A stretch of DNA of 61,250 bases from the NCBI GenBank assembly GCA_964481005.1, contig CAYZRY010000003.1:1-61250 (forward strand). Direction: 5' to 3'. Position 1 is the stretch's first letter, and each line of letters starts with the position of its first letter. Below the pieces are notes generated by a model. That model saw only the letters and a list, made by a program, of their open reading frames with translations, did no database searches and was not told the origin of the DNA. A program made the position numbers and the translations under genes. This DNA is from an uncultured Muribaculaceae bacterium (GTDB lineage: Bacteria > Bacillota_I > Bacilli_A > RF39 > UBA660). Of the stretch, positions 1 through 9,986 are shown piece after piece.

Positions 1-1702
1 CGAGAGCATATTCTAAAGTAATTAGACGAGGTCTTTTTAGAACGACTGTATGATCACTTCCACTAGCACGCATGTTAGTTAAAGCTTTTCCTTTGACAAC
101 GTTTACGGCTAAATCATTATCGCGAACATGTTCTCCGACAATCATTCCTTCATAAACTTCAGTCCCAGGTTCAACAAACATGATACCACGTTCTTCGACG
201 TTACCAAGTGAATATGCCGTAGCTTTTCCATTTTCCATTGAAACTAGTACACCTAGACTTCTTTCGCCAACATCAAGTCCTGCCATAGCTCGGTACTCTT
301 TAAAACTGTGAGCCATGATACCGTATCCTTTAGTCATAGTCATAAAATTAGTGGTAAAACCAATAAGTCCACGTGATGGGATAGTATAAATTAATCTACT
401 TTGACCATTCTTACTATCCATTATTTCTAGGACCGCTCCCTTTTGACCAAGCTGTTCAATAATGTTACCGACCGCTTCTTCTGGGCACTCTATCTGAAGC
501 TCTTCATAAGGCTCCATCTTAATTCCGTTTTCTTCTTTAATAATTACTTGTGGTTTAGAAACTTCAAGTTCAAATCCTTCACGGCGCATATTTTCGATAA
601 GAATTCCAAGATGCAATTCTCCACGACCCGAAACTACCCAGCTCTCACTGTCACCAGTAGCAATTTTTAAACTGACATCGCGTTGTGCTTCTTTTTCAAG
701 ACGTTCTTCAATCTTGCGAGCAGTTAGTAAGTTACCTTCTTTACCAGCAACTGGTGATGAGTTTGTTCCAAAAGTCATTTGAATAGTTGGCTCATCGACA
801 TGAAGAATTGGAAGAGGTAAATTTTTACCTTGTTCACAAATTGTCTCACCAACTGATATGTCAGCAAGACCTGCAACTGCGCAGATATCTCCAGCTTCAG
901 CTTCTTCTATTTCAACACGTTTTAGTCCGACATAACCAAATAACTTTTGAATACGGAACTGTTTAACACTTCCATCCAATCTGATACATGATACTGTCTG
1001 ACCGTTTTTAATAACACCGTTTCTGACAATTCCAACACCAATTCTTCCTACATAGTCGTTATAATCAAGTAGAGCTGGTTGAAATTGTAATGGACCATTT
1101 ACATCACCTTTAGGGGCATCTATTTTTTCAATAATTAAATCTAATAACTTAGCAAAACCTTTTTCTTGAGTCTCAAGATTGGGATCAGTACTTGAAGTCC
1201 CATTTAATGCCGAAGCATAAACTACTGGGAACTCTAACTGCTGTTCATCTGCTCCTAGTTCAATAAATAAATCTAGTACTTCGTCGATTACTTCAACTGG
1301 TCTTGCAGATGGTTTATCAATTTTATTGACAACAACAATCGGCTTAGCCCCAGCATCAAGTGCTTTCTTAAGAACAAATCTTGTCTGTGGCATAGTTCCT
1401 TCATAAGCATCGACAACAAGAACTACTCCATCGACCATATTCATAATACGTTCAACTTCTCCACCAAAGTCAGCATGTCCAGGAGTATCTAAAATATTGA
1501 TATGATGATCCTTATAATATACAGACGTAGTTTTAGCTAGTATCGTTATTCCACGCTCTCTTTCAATGGCATTCGAATCCATCGAAGCATCGGTTAAATC
1601 TTCGTTTTCTCTAAATGTTCCACTGAACTTTAATATCTCATCTACCAGTGTAGTTTTACCATGATCAACATGGGCAATAATTGCAACGTTTCTCTTTTTC
1701 AT
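1..1702 (-). CDS. typA: Translational GTPase TypA/BipA (3' end runs off the left edge of the window)
   Basis: Manual translation from ATG at 1702: [21 protein letters not shown]...[10 protein letters not shown]...[17 protein letters not shown]...VVVNKID. These are the G1-G4 motifs of TypA/BipA. Missing from the ORF track because it is truncated. Confidence 0.97.
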   Translation of the reverse strand, partial: MKKRNVAIIAHVDHGKTTLVDEILKFSGTFRENEDLTDASMDSNAIERERGITILAKTTSVYYKDHHINILDTPGHADFGGEVERIMNMVDGVVLVVDAYEGTMPQTRFVLKKALDAGAKPIVVVNKIDKPSARPVEVIDEVLDLFIELGADEQQLEFPVVYASALNGTSSTDPNLETQEKGFAKLLDLIIEKIDAPKGDVNGPLQFQPALLDYNDYVGRIGVGIVRNGVIKNGQTVSCIRLDGSVKQFRIQKLFGYVGLKRVEIEEAEAGDICAVAGLADISVGETICEQGKNLPLPILHVDEPTIQMTFGTNSSPVAGKEGNLLTARKIEERLEKEAQRDVSLKIATGDSESWVVSGRGELHLGILIENMRREGFELEVSKPQVIIKEENGIKMEPYEELQIECPEEAVGNIIEQLGQKGAVLEIMDSKNGQSRLIYTIPSRGLIGFTTNFMTMTKGYGIMAHSFKEYRAMAGLDVGERSLGVLVSMENGKATAYSLGNVEERGIMFVEPGTEVYEGMIVGEHVRDNDLAVNVVKGKALTNMRASGSDHTVVLKRPRLITLEYAL

Positions 1703-1789
1703 ATATACTCCTTTTGGAAACCTTTACAATTATACCACAAAGTTTGTTTTTTACAATTATTTTTGTTATAATTTATAATCGGAGGGCAT

Positions 1790-2230
1790 ATGAAAAAGAT
1801 TGGAGCCGGATGTGGCGTAATGATTATCGATGAAAATGGACGCTTACTTTTAGGTCGAAGAAACGAAGATCCAGCAGTAGCAGACAGTGAACTTCACGAG
1901 GAAGGAACTTGGACTTTACCCGGTGGAAACATCGAATACGGAGAAAGTTTTGAAGAAGCTGCTATTAGAGAAACTAAAGAAGAATGTAACTTAGATATAA
2001 GTAGTGAAGATGTCGAAATTATCTGCGTGCAAACCGATAAGAATGAACATGCTCACTATATTTCAGTAGGAATGATATGTAGAAAATATGCCGGAGAAAT
2101 AAAAGTTATGGAACCAAATGAAATAACCGTATGGGCTTGGTTTGATTTAAAAGATCTCCCAAAAAATATATTCTCACCATCACTTAAGACTATTCTATGC
2201 TATATGCAAAATAAATTTTATATAGATTAA
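1790..2230 (+). CDS. NUDIX hydrolase (NUDT15/MutT-like)
   Basis: Nudix box GGNIEYGESFEEAAIRETKEECNL; GGAGG RBS upstream. Confidence 0.92.
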   Translation: MKKIGAGCGVMIIDENGRLLLGRRNEDPAVADSELHEEGTWTLPGGNIEYGESFEEAAIRETKEECNLDISSEDVEIICVQTDKNEHAHYISVGMICRKYAGEIKVMEPNEITVWAWFDLKDLPKNIFSPSLKTILCYMQNKFYID

Positions 2231-2243
2231 ATAATAAAAATGG

Positions 2244-2271
2244 TTGACATTTATGGAGTTTTCGATATAAT
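2244..2271 (+). promoter_or_regulatory. Sigma-A type promoter of tRNA-Gly
   Basis: TTGACA (2244-2249), 16-nt spacer, TATAAT (2266-2271), 18 nt before the tRNA. Confidence 0.8.
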
Positions 2272-2289
2272 TATAAATGTCTATCAAAT

Positions 2290-2363
2290 GCGGATGTAGT
2301 TTAATGGTAGAACCTCAGCCTTCCAAGCTGACTACGTGGGTTCGATTCCCATCATCCGCTCCA
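2290..2363 (+). tRNA. tRNA-Gly (anticodon TCC)
   Basis: GCGGATG/CATCCGC acceptor stem, anticodon loop CTTCCAA, TTCGATT T-loop, encoded CCA. Confidence 0.98.
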
Positions 2364-2372
2364 AAAAGAATT

Positions 2373-2398
2373 AAAACCTTGTATAACAAGGTTTTTTT
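2373..2398 (+). terminator. Intrinsic terminator after tRNA-Gly
   Basis: AAAACCTTG-TATAA-CAAGGTTTT followed by a T run. Confidence 0.85.
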
Positions 2399-2408
2399 AT
2401 GTCCTTTT

Positions 2409-2437
2409 TTGACTTTTTCACAAAAATATGCTATAAT
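2409..2437 (+). promoter_or_regulatory. Sigma-A type promoter (extended -10) for 2460..2996
   Basis: TTGACT, 17-nt spacer, TG-C-TATAAT. Confidence 0.7.
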
Positions 2438-2459
2438 ATGCACGTTTTAGGGGTGGATT

Positions 2460-2996
2460 ATGAAAATAAATATGAGTGAAAGTCAGTATGATGAACTACT
2501 AAATTTAGCATATACTTCAGCTGGTGAATTGCGTGGTCAAATATTTATGGAAAAGTTAAATAATGATAATTATGTTTATCTTGGTTATGAAACTTATCCT
2601 GATGAATACTATTACGAAAACAGAAACAAAAGATCTGCAATGCACGTTGATATATTCGATAACTTGCTACAAAAGTTTAGTTTAGATACATGTGATCATT
2701 ACGCTAGTTTTCATACTCGTAGTAGTGATAAAATCGATAATCTTACTAGAGAAGAAATTAATGATATCAAGAAAATGCAAAAATATGCTAACTACGCTGC
2801 TGAAAAAAGTAATAATGATCAAGCTAGTCAGTGTATCGAAGCTGTTATTTGTAATTCAGAATTAATGTTTTATTATGAAGATTTAGAAACTAAAAAAATA
2901 AGCGTCGCAGACATATATGTAAATGAGAAAAGAAACAAAGATGTTGTCAATGTAAAAACTTTATATGTCGATGCTTTTCTAAAAAAACAACTTTAA
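2460..2996 (+). CDS. Hypothetical protein, possibly a degenerate JAB/MPN-fold protein
   Basis: Own promoter. Pattern ELRGQIF...YASFHTRS...LTREEINDI resembles JAB E-x-G...HSH...S-x2-D with substitutions. Confidence 0.6.
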   Translation: MKINMSESQYDELLNLAYTSAGELRGQIFMEKLNNDNYVYLGYETYPDEYYYENRNKRSAMHVDIFDNLLQKFSLDTCDHYASFHTRSSDKIDNLTREEINDIKKMQKYANYAAEKSNNDQASQCIEAVICNSELMFYYEDLETKKISVADIYVNEKRNKDVVNVKTLYVDAFLKKQL

Positions 2997-3973
2997 TAAA
3001 GTTGTTTTTTTGTTAGTGTTAACTTCTTGCATTTTTCAGCGTCTAAATTTTGTCCTAGGTCGATATCTGGCTTTGTCTTTGGGCCGTGGAAGTCACTTCC
3101 TCCGCTTACTAATAGATTATAATCATTCGCTATTTCCTTATAAAACCCTATTTCTTCATTACTGTGACTAGGATGATATACTTCAATTCCTTCTAAACCA
3201 TATTTAATTAAGTCTTTGATTAGAATCAGTAATTCTTTTTGGTTTAATTCAAGTGATTTAGGATGAGCTAGAACTGCTGTTCCCCCACTTTCTCTAATTA
3301 AATTTATGCACTCTTCATAGTTTGGTTCACCAAGACCTTTAACTATCTTTTTATGTGCTTCAATTAAATATTTATTAAATGCATCCTGAACACTATCAGC
3401 ATAGTTATTTTTTACACATAAGCGAGCTAAATCTACTCTTCCTAGATTGTTTTTAGCATTTACTAATTGAACTATTTCATCATAACTAAATCTAATGCCA
3501 TAATCTCTTTTTATCTGCTCCATCACCGATAAAACAGAATGCAAGCTATTTGTCTTAAGCTCTAACATCTTATCGTTTAAATTTTTATTTTCAAGATCAA
3601 TTCCGTATCCTAGAATATGCATTCTTCCCTTATTAACTTTGGCTGTCAATTCAATACCATTAATTATTTTAATGCCTGTCTCTTTTATTAAATGTGATTC
3701 TCTATCCACTGTTTTTATTCCCTCGATGGTATCGTGATCAGTTATAGCTAAAATGCCAATTCTTTTTTCAATTGCATAGTGAATAAGATTTGAAGGAGTC
3801 AAATCTCCATCAGAGTAGCTAGTATGCGTATGCAAGTCGATACTCTTTTCACTTTTCAAGTATGGGTCAATAAGTGTTCTTTTATTTAATCTTTTTAGTG
3901 TTTTAATCATATTCTCGGTTGATTTTGCTTCGGCTTCATACATAATTTGAGCAAGTGATTTATGTTTTTTCAT
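2993..3973 (-). CDS. PHP-domain phosphoesterase (TrpH/YciV-like)
   Basis: [39 protein letters not shown] metal-binding motifs. Confidence 0.93.
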   Translation of the reverse strand: MKKHKSLAQIMYEAEAKSTENMIKTLKRLNKRTLIDPYLKSEKSIDLHTHTSYSDGDLTPSNLIHYAIEKRIGILAITDHDTIEGIKTVDRESHLIKETGIKIINGIELTAKVNKGRMHILGYGIDLENKNLNDKMLELKTNSLHSVLSVMEQIKRDYGIRFSYDEIVQLVNAKNNLGRVDLARLCVKNNYADSVQDAFNKYLIEAHKKIVKGLGEPNYEECINLIRESGGTAVLAHPKSLELNQKELLILIKDLIKYGLEGIEVYHPSHSNEEIGFYKEIANDYNLLVSGGSDFHGPKTKPDIDLGQNLDAEKCKKLTLTKKQLY

Positions 3974-4069
3974 AATTATTTCCTTCTTTCGTTATCCACT
4001 TGTATTATAGCAATTATTGATGTATATTAAAAATACATATTTGTTATGTTAAACATAACCGGAGGTTAT

Positions 4070-4957
4070 ATGAATATTAACTATGAACTATATAGACTTT
4101 TTTATGGAGTTGTCGAAAACGGAAGTATTACTAAAGCTGCCCAAGTACTAAATATTTCACAGCCAGCAGTTAGTAAAGCAATGAAAAATCTTGAGGAAGC
4201 TCTTGGCGGAAAACTGTTTGTCCGCACTAAGAAAGGGATTGTTTTAACAGCCGAAGGAAGAGAGTTTTACAAATACATCAAACAAGCTATCGAAAATTTC
4301 AACAATGCTGAGAATAACTTTTCAGCTTTTGCTAATCTTGAAACTGGTGTTGTAAGAATTGGTGTAAGTACTACTTTGACAAAAGAATTCTTAATGCCCT
4401 ATTTAAAAGAGTTTCATCATAAATATCCTAAGATTAATATTCAGATTGATACTAATGTTGCAAGTGATCTATTTAAGAAGCTACGCAATGGTCTAATTGA
4501 TATAGTTATCTTCAACTCTTCTGATAAAAGTTATGACGAGGATCTCGAAATAACTAAATGTCAAAAAATCGAAGATTGTTTTATAGTTAGTGATAAGTAT
4601 AAAAAACTATGTGAAAAAGCTATTTCAATTAAAGATTTAAATAATTATCCACTAGTTCTCCAGACAAAAGAATCTAGTACTAGATCATATCTTGATGATT
4701 TTGCTTATAGTCATGGTGTTATACTAAAACCTAACCTTGAACTAGCTAGTTATTCACTAGTTGTCGAATTTAGTAAAATTGGTTTTGGTATTGGATTTGC
4801 TACATCTAACTACATTCAAAAAGAACTTGATAATGGACTCTTACATAAAGTAAATTTAATTGAAAAACTTCCATCAAGGTATATAGCCTTTGCCCTATCA
4901 AAAAATAATATAGCAAGTTTTAGTACTAAAAAATTAATCGAGATGATCAGTAAATAA
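4070..4957 (+). CDS. LysR-family transcriptional regulator
   Basis: N-terminal HTH GSITKAAQVLNISQPAVSKAMKNLEEALGGKLFVRT. Start moved to the ATG at 4070 following GGAGG. Confidence 0.96.
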   Translation: MNINYELYRLFYGVVENGSITKAAQVLNISQPAVSKAMKNLEEALGGKLFVRTKKGIVLTAEGREFYKYIKQAIENFNNAENNFSAFANLETGVVRIGVSTTLTKEFLMPYLKEFHHKYPKINIQIDTNVASDLFKKLRNGLIDIVIFNSSDKSYDEDLEITKCQKIEDCFIVSDKYKKLCEKAISIKDLNNYPLVLQTKESSTRSYLDDFAYSHGVILKPNLELASYSLVVEFSKIGFGIGFATSNYIQKELDNGLLHKVNLIEKLPSRYIAFALSKNNIASFSTKKLIEMISK

Positions 4958-4984
4958 AAAAACAGTTACTAAGTAACTGTTTTT
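4957..4984. terminator. Bidirectional intrinsic terminator between LysR and ProX genes
   Basis: AAAAAACAGTTAC-TAA-GTAACTGTTTTT between convergent genes. Confidence 0.85.
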
Positions 4985-5522
4985 ATATTTCAATAACTAT
5001 TTCTTTATGATTAGTATAGGGCAAAAACTTTTCTAACAAGTCTTTTGTCTCGATACTCATGTAACCTGTGGTTGTTCCATCACAGCATGCATAGTGCTCA
5101 TCACTTATTGCATCTTTATCAAAGACAATCTGCACTTTTTCATCATTGTCCATTAATAGACTTAAAGCAGTCGCAGTCCCTGGAATAGTTCCAAGCATAT
5201 CTATCATCATTTCTCTAGAAGCAAACGATACTCTCGAAATTCCAAGCGCCTGACTAAACTTCTTAGTATCAAACTTTTTATCCTCGGTAGTAACAAATAA
5301 ATAAAACTTAGTTTTCTGTTGATTAGTTAAAAACAGTGTCTTGATTATATCTGTTCCAAGTCTCTTGCTGATTTCAACACAATCTTCCATGGTATAGGCC
5401 TCTTGATTATCTACTCTTTTATACTTAATATCTAATTTATCTAGCGTCTCATAAACCTTTTGTTGCAGTAGTGTTTTAAATTCTTTTGGTGCTTCATAAT
5501 AAAGCTCACTTACGTAAAACAT
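4983..5522 (-). CDS. Prolyl-tRNA synthetase-associated editing protein (YbaK/ProX/PrdX family)
   Basis: IKTLFLTNQQKTKFYL, RVSFAS, LGTIPGTATALSLL, ACCDGTT; matches the ProX/PrdX (INS superfamily) pattern. Confidence 0.88.
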   Translation of the reverse strand: MFYVSELYYEAPKEFKTLLQQKVYETLDKLDIKYKRVDNQEAYTMEDCVEISKRLGTDIIKTLFLTNQQKTKFYLFVTTEDKKFDTKKFSQALGISRVSFASREMMIDMLGTIPGTATALSLLMDNDEKVQIVFDKDAISDEHYACCDGTTTGYMSIETKDLLEKFLPYTNHKEIVIEI

Positions 5523-5541
5523 ATTTCTCCTCCTTCTTGTT

Positions 5542-5598
5542 TTAGTAGTTAAAACATCTGGGGGATGGAACTGACAATTTATTTCGTTTAATCTTCAT
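5542..5598 (-). CDS. Candidate 18-aa leader peptide (MKIKRNKLSVPSPRCFNY) upstream of the ProX gene
   Basis: Manual translation. AAGGAG RBS 7 nt before the ATG; extended -10 TGATATAAT at 5630-5638; stop lies just before the proX RBS. Confidence 0.5.
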   Translation of the reverse strand: MKIKRNKLSVPSPRCFNY

Positions 5599-5667
5599 GA
5601 CTATCGCTCCTTACTTGAACTTTCAACAAATTATATCACAGTTAAAGACAATTAAAAAGATGATTAC

Positions 5668-6321
5668 TCATCTTTTGGTATTAATTTCTTTTATATACAC
5701 AAGTGTCTTGCTAAAAGCTTCATTATTAGAAAATTTATCTTTATCCCACTCATACCATATATCAAAAGCTGTCTTAGCCCCACGCTCTCTCATTTTTTCA
5801 ATCAAACCACTTTTATATACAACGTTATTTTGCTGCTCATCCAGTGATTTATGATAACCACCGTCTTCATATATCTTAGACTGGATATCTGCTTCTAATT
5901 TATCACATAAATAGGCAAATTCAGCTTCTTTTGTAAGTCCTTCTTCAAACTCATCAACCAAAGCTTTAAGTTCATCTTTTTTAACGAGATTACCAAGTAC
6001 CTCTCTTACCGCTTGCTCTTCGATAAGTCTCTTTTCTTCGATAGTAACATCATCAAAGGGTGTTATATCACCAATTAATACTTCGCCAAGCTCATGAATA
6101 ACTAGCATTTTAATAACCTTGTTTATATCGATTCCAAAATCGTACTCTGAGTCCATTGCAATTGCCAATATACAAGTACCATATATATGCTCTGCAACAC
6201 TTTCTATGCGCTCACTACTAACAGCCCAGTGATTGCTATCCCAACCAGATCTTATTCTATATTTAAGCTGCGTTGCTAAAAGATAAAAATCAATTGCTCT
6301 TTTACATACTTCATCATTCAT
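5668..6321 (-). CDS. HD-domain phosphohydrolase (YfbR/HDDC2-like 5'-deoxynucleotidase)
   Basis: RSGW...ESVAEH...LVIHELGEVLIGDITP...DKLEA; the HD dyad reads HE. Confidence 0.88.
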   Translation of the reverse strand: MNDEVCKRAIDFYLLATQLKYRIRSGWDSNHWAVSSERIESVAEHIYGTCILAIAMDSEYDFGIDINKVIKMLVIHELGEVLIGDITPFDDVTIEEKRLIEEQAVREVLGNLVKKDELKALVDEFEEGLTKEAEFAYLCDKLEADIQSKIYEDGGYHKSLDEQQNNVVYKSGLIEKMRERGAKTAFDIWYEWDKDKFSNNEAFSKTLVYIKEINTKR

Positions 6322-6392
6322 ATAGCTCTCCTTGACTAGTTATGATAACATAAACAAAGTTTTATTCAAAGAAAAAACATAGTCATCTATGT

Positions 6393-7127
6393 TTATTCTA
6401 TAATAATTGAACTGATAAAGTCTTTGATAAATTCTTCATTAAAGACATCTTTGTTAACAAAAATAAAGGCATACTTTTTACCATCTTGCTCAAGATTAAT
6501 CTCATACCCATAACTTAGTTCTGACATTATTCCCCTGTAGTCTCCAGTAAGAGGAATTACTCTTAAGTAAGGAGGAATCATAATCGATGACATGTTGTAC
6601 ACTGAATATCTTTCCTTTATATATTTAACTGGGGTAAATAATCCAGCCTTATAGTTTAAATCTCTTTTTAGATATTTCATTAAATCTAAATCGTTTTTTA
6701 TCTTATTCTTTTCAAAGAAAGCATTTGATATCTGATTACTTGGAGTCTTGTTTTCATCGGCAAAAATTTCTTTTTGCATTTTTAGCATTTCAACGTAATT
6801 AACTCCTTCTCCTACCATAAAAACAGCGGTTCTTCCTCCACTAACAGGCATAACATAAGAGGCAAAAACATTATCTTCCATCTTCTTTTCTGTCATGTTC
6901 CCAGTAATATTCTTCATTTTAATATTAGCAATAGCTATATACTCATCATCTAATAATGGGCTGTGCTTAACTTCTAAATCTTTTGCAATCAAAAAGTCAT
7001 CTCTAAATGCTACATACGGTTTAGCACTTGGATCTCCTACCTTGTAATACTTAATATTAAAGATCTTATAAAAACAAAAAGCTAGTACAATGAGAACAAC
7101 AATTAATACAATATTCTTTTTACTCAT
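6393..7127 (-). CDS. Hypothetical membrane-anchored/exported protein
   Basis: 244-aa ORF with an N-terminal basic plus hydrophobic segment (KKNIVLIVVLIVLAFCFY); GGAGG RBS. Confidence 0.75.
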   Translation of the reverse strand: MSKKNIVLIVVLIVLAFCFYKIFNIKYYKVGDPSAKPYVAFRDDFLIAKDLEVKHSPLLDDEYIAIANIKMKNITGNMTEKKMEDNVFASYVMPVSGGRTAVFMVGEGVNYVEMLKMQKEIFADENKTPSNQISNAFFEKNKIKNDLDLMKYLKRDLNYKAGLFTPVKYIKERYSVYNMSSIMIPPYLRVIPLTGDYRGIMSELSYGYEINLEQDGKKYAFIFVNKDVFNEEFIKDFISSIIIE

Positions 7128-7163
7128 ATATCCTCCATAATAAGTATATCAAAACTACAAAAT

Positions 7164-7189
7164 AAAAAAAGATGTTTTACATCTTTTTT
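7164..7189 (-). terminator. Intrinsic terminator after 7188..7469
   Basis: AAAAAAAGATG-TTTTA-CATCTTTTTT hairpin. Confidence 0.75.
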
Positions 7190-7469
7190 ATAACAGTGTA
7201 ACTGTATCAATATTTTGTTTTAATCTTTCAATTAAGTCATCTTTTTTATATTTAGTAAATATATTTTGAAAGATAGTTGGTTCTTGAAGAAAGATTTCAG
7301 CATATTTAATAAATATTTCGCGAGCATTACTAATTCCATACTCTTCGAGAAACTTAATATTTGCTTTTACTAATTCTTCTTTCATTTCTAGTTTTTTTAC
7401 TATTTCATCTAAATTATGTTCTTTGACATAATCTAATTCTTCTTCGTTTAAATCTAAATATTTATTCAT
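7188..7469 (-). CDS. Hypothetical protein (93 aa)
   Basis: Start overlaps the upstream stop (TAATG), i.e. translational coupling. Confidence 0.75.
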   Translation of the reverse strand: MNKYLDLNEEELDYVKEHNLDEIVKKLEMKEELVKANIKFLEEYGISNAREIFIKYAEIFLQEPTIFQNIFTKYKKDDLIERLKQNIDTVTLL

Positions 7470-8875
7470 TAAACCACCTTCTCTAAAACTTTCTCATTTG
7501 TCTTACTGTCAAACTCGACAACTTTATCAAGTGGCATAATCATAGTAGCTACTGGATGAACTTTTTCGATATGTTTAACATCTACGTTTAGAGCTTCAGC
7601 TTCGTCATCTAACTTAGGATAATGTCTTGAAGAAAGTTTTTGAATACTGATACTCTTAGGATTTTCTCCCTTAGAATAAACTGTCAATAGATTATCTTGA
7701 AGAACATTATTGTCATTATCAAAGATGACATCTAACATTGATGAGAAATCTTTATTATCGTTGTTTTTTCCTATTCCTTTAAAGGTACTAAGTGTCTCTT
7801 CGAGCGCCTTGACATCTTCAAGTTTTACGAACTGATCGTAGTAAGCAGTTACATCTGAAAGAGGTACGTTATACTCTGCTAAAACTGTTTTAATCTGAAT
7901 GAATTTCTCACTAGACATATTTCTCATTAGATTGTTCTTTTGTCCTTCGCTCAAGTTCATATCATCTATTCCAACATACTGATTCATACTGTAATCGACA
8001 GTTGGATCAGCTTCGACTAATTTTTCAACTACACGGACTTCTTCACTTGGGTTTTCTGTTTCTCGATAGCTTTCAGTAGCTAAAACTTCTGGTTCTTCAT
8101 CAATAACTGGTTCTGCTAAGCTTTCAGCTACAGGCTCACCTAAAACTTCCTTTTCTTCAGGAAACTCCATTGGTTTTTCTTCAGCTACTGGTGCCTCAAC
8201 TACTAGCGGTGCCACTTCTTCGGTAGGCTCTTCAAGAACTTCTGGTTCTTCTTCCTTTTCACTAGTAAGTTCTGTCTCTTCGGCTTCATCTTTGACTAAT
8301 TCTTCCGGATTTTGAACGTTTGATACCTCGACTTCAACTTCTTCGACAACAAGTTCAGTCTTTAATGAATTGATATTTTCATTTATTTTAACTAGATCTT
8401 CCAAAGTAGTATTAACTACTCTTTCATAATCTTCTTTTATTCTTGGCAATATTGCCTCAATTGCTTCATTTTCAGCATTAATTTCGATTAACTGTTGATT
8501 AGTAAAATTAATCTTGTCGTTTATCTGCGTCTTTTTATTATTTAAACGACTAATAATCTCTTCTTTTTTAACTGATGCATCTTTGGCCATGTTCTCAAGT
8601 TCACTTGCATCTAGAAGTTCATATCCCCCGCTTAATCCTTTGATTTCAGTAATATGATTTTCGACTGCTTTATAATTTTCTGAAACGGTATTAAACTCTT
8701 CGTCTAATTTTATTAACTCATCATTAAAAGCTGTAACATCTTCATTTAGAGTTACTACTCTAAGACTGTTACTCTCTTGTTTTTCTTGATACTTTTTATT
8801 AGTGTTTTGGTATGATTCTTGAAGTGTTTTAACTCCTGCTTCTACCTCACTAATTAGATCGACTATTCTTTCCAT
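7469..8875 (-). CDS. Hypothetical protein: N-terminal coiled coil, acidic Glu/Pro-rich linker, C-terminal globular domain
   Basis: 468 aa; heptad-rich N-terminus; repeated EEPEVL/EPVAE segments; GAGAGG RBS. Confidence 0.8.
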   Translation of the reverse strand: MERIVDLISEVEAGVKTLQESYQNTNKKYQEKQESNSLRVVTLNEDVTAFNDELIKLDEEFNTVSENYKAVENHITEIKGLSGGYELLDASELENMAKDASVKKEEIISRLNNKKTQINDKINFTNQQLIEINAENEAIEAILPRIKEDYERVVNTTLEDLVKINENINSLKTELVVEEVEVEVSNVQNPEELVKDEAEETELTSEKEEEPEVLEEPTEEVAPLVVEAPVAEEKPMEFPEEKEVLGEPVAESLAEPVIDEEPEVLATESYRETENPSEEVRVVEKLVEADPTVDYSMNQYVGIDDMNLSEGQKNNLMRNMSSEKFIQIKTVLAEYNVPLSDVTAYYDQFVKLEDVKALEETLSTFKGIGKNNDNKDFSSMLDVIFDNDNNVLQDNLLTVYSKGENPKSISIQKLSSRHYPKLDDEAEALNVDVKHIEKVHPVATMIMPLDKVVEFDSKTNEKVLEKVV

Positions 8876-8940
8876 ATTGCCTCTCCTATTCTATTAACAA
8901 TTATAGCAAAAGGTCCTTTCAAAGTAAAGAATAGAACACA

Positions 8941-8965
8941 AAAAAAACAGAGCTTAGCTCTGTTT
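8941..8965 (-). terminator. Intrinsic terminator closing the left arm of the fibre locus
   Basis: AAACAGAGC-TTA-GCTCTGTTT with a minus-strand U run, immediately after the 8971 stop. Confidence 0.85.
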
Positions 8966-8970
8966 AATTA

Positions 8971-9963
8971 TTACGCTTCATTTGTTAATTGGAGATTGAA
9001 TATTGCGTTTCCACCTGATGCTGAGTTTTCACAGTCGACGTCTTGTCCTTCAATCCACATGTAAATTCTAATCTTAGAAATACCTTGTTGTAATGAGAAG
9101 ACTTGTGTCTTAGCTGAGAAACCAACTACAGTACTGTAATCTGGTGTAACTGGATTAACATATGCTGTTGTTCCAACTGCATCTCCGACTTTTAGGTTAA
9201 CTGTGTCAGCAAATTCAGTTTTAACTCCTGAATAAGCAAGTGGTGATGCATTCCCTGTTTCAGTAACTGTTAGTCCATATGTATCACGTGCATGAGCAAC
9301 TCCTGCTGCTGTATGAACGTCATAGTTTGGCTCCCAAACATTAACTTGTGCTGCAACTCCAGCGTTAAGTCCTTGAATTGTTGCAACTCCACTACCGATT
9401 GCAGTATTACCTAAGTGAACAAAAGCCACTCTAGCTGCATTTTTGATACCAGTATCGATTGAATCTGGGGTTGTTATTTGTGAGTTTGGTGTTAGATATA
9501 GCTGTGATGCTGCATCTGCTCTAAAGAATAGATCAAAAGCGACGAAGTCTCCAGCTATTCCTTCTACTTCTGTACTCTTAGTCGAAGATAGAATATAATC
9601 TCCGGTTACGTTTGATGTAACTGTTCCTAGATACATTTCCATCTTACCTGAAGTATCCACTGTCTTAGCCGTAGAAACCGGTCTTAAGGTAGGTGGAATC
9701 TGGTTGACACTAGAAGTGTATGTAGTTCCATGAACTGCTGTTATATCAGCAATACCAACAACTGATTTCCAGTTAGTACCGTCAGCTGATATCTGAATAC
9801 CTCCTTGTGCCTCTACATTAACTTGGATTGGTGATACTGTTACAACTTTATTGGCCGTGAACCACGCGAAAGTGGTCATACCTAAGGCACCTAATGTTGC
9901 AAACATCAGCAATAACAAGCCTAAAATACGTCTTCTTCTGTTCTTTTTACTCTTTGTACTCAT
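8971..9963 (-). CDS. SipW-class signal-peptide protein; candidate major fibre/pilin subunit (TasA/CalY-like)
   Basis: KKNRRRR + hydrophobic stretch + TTFA|WFTAN (SipW-cognate signal peptide pattern); Thr/Ala/Gly/Val-rich beta composition; C-terminal WIEGQDVDC; has its own promoter and terminator. Confidence 0.8.
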   Translation of the reverse strand: MSTKSKKNRRRRILGLLLLMFATLGALGMTTFAWFTANKVVTVSPIQVNVEAQGGIQISADGTNWKSVVGIADITAVHGTTYTSSVNQIPPTLRPVSTAKTVDTSGKMEMYLGTVTSNVTGDYILSSTKSTEVEGIAGDFVAFDLFFRADAASQLYLTPNSQITTPDSIDTGIKNAARVAFVHLGNTAIGSGVATIQGLNAGVAAQVNVWEPNYDVHTAAGVAHARDTYGLTVTETGNASPLAYSGVKTEFADTVNLKVGDAVGTTAYVNPVTPDYSTVVGFSAKTQVFSLQQGISKIRIYMWIEGQDVDCENSASGGNAIFNLQLTNEA

Positions 9964-9986
9964 TTTATTTTCTCCTATCTAAAATA

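Noticed and set aside
443-670. Short ORF-track entries antisense or out of frame to long genes (e.g. 443..670, 5597..5854, 9894..10145, 15369..15587, 17695..18121, 26472..26669, 35555..35839, 48064..48443, 50083..52670 set, 59617..59853)
   Set aside because: They overlap well-supported genes, tRNAs or T-boxes, lack RBSs and have no recognisable motifs; treated as shadow ORFs.
1715-1775. Repeated TTTACAAT in the typA/NUDIX intergenic region as the same operator as at 29933-29982
   Set aside because: Here the copies are direct, not palindromic, and overlap likely promoter elements in very AT-rich DNA; insufficient evidence.
5668-6321. HE instead of HD in the YfbR-like protein as a sign of a dead enzyme
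   Set aside because: A conservative Asp-to-Glu change with the other metal ligands retained; not enough to call a pseudoenzyme.
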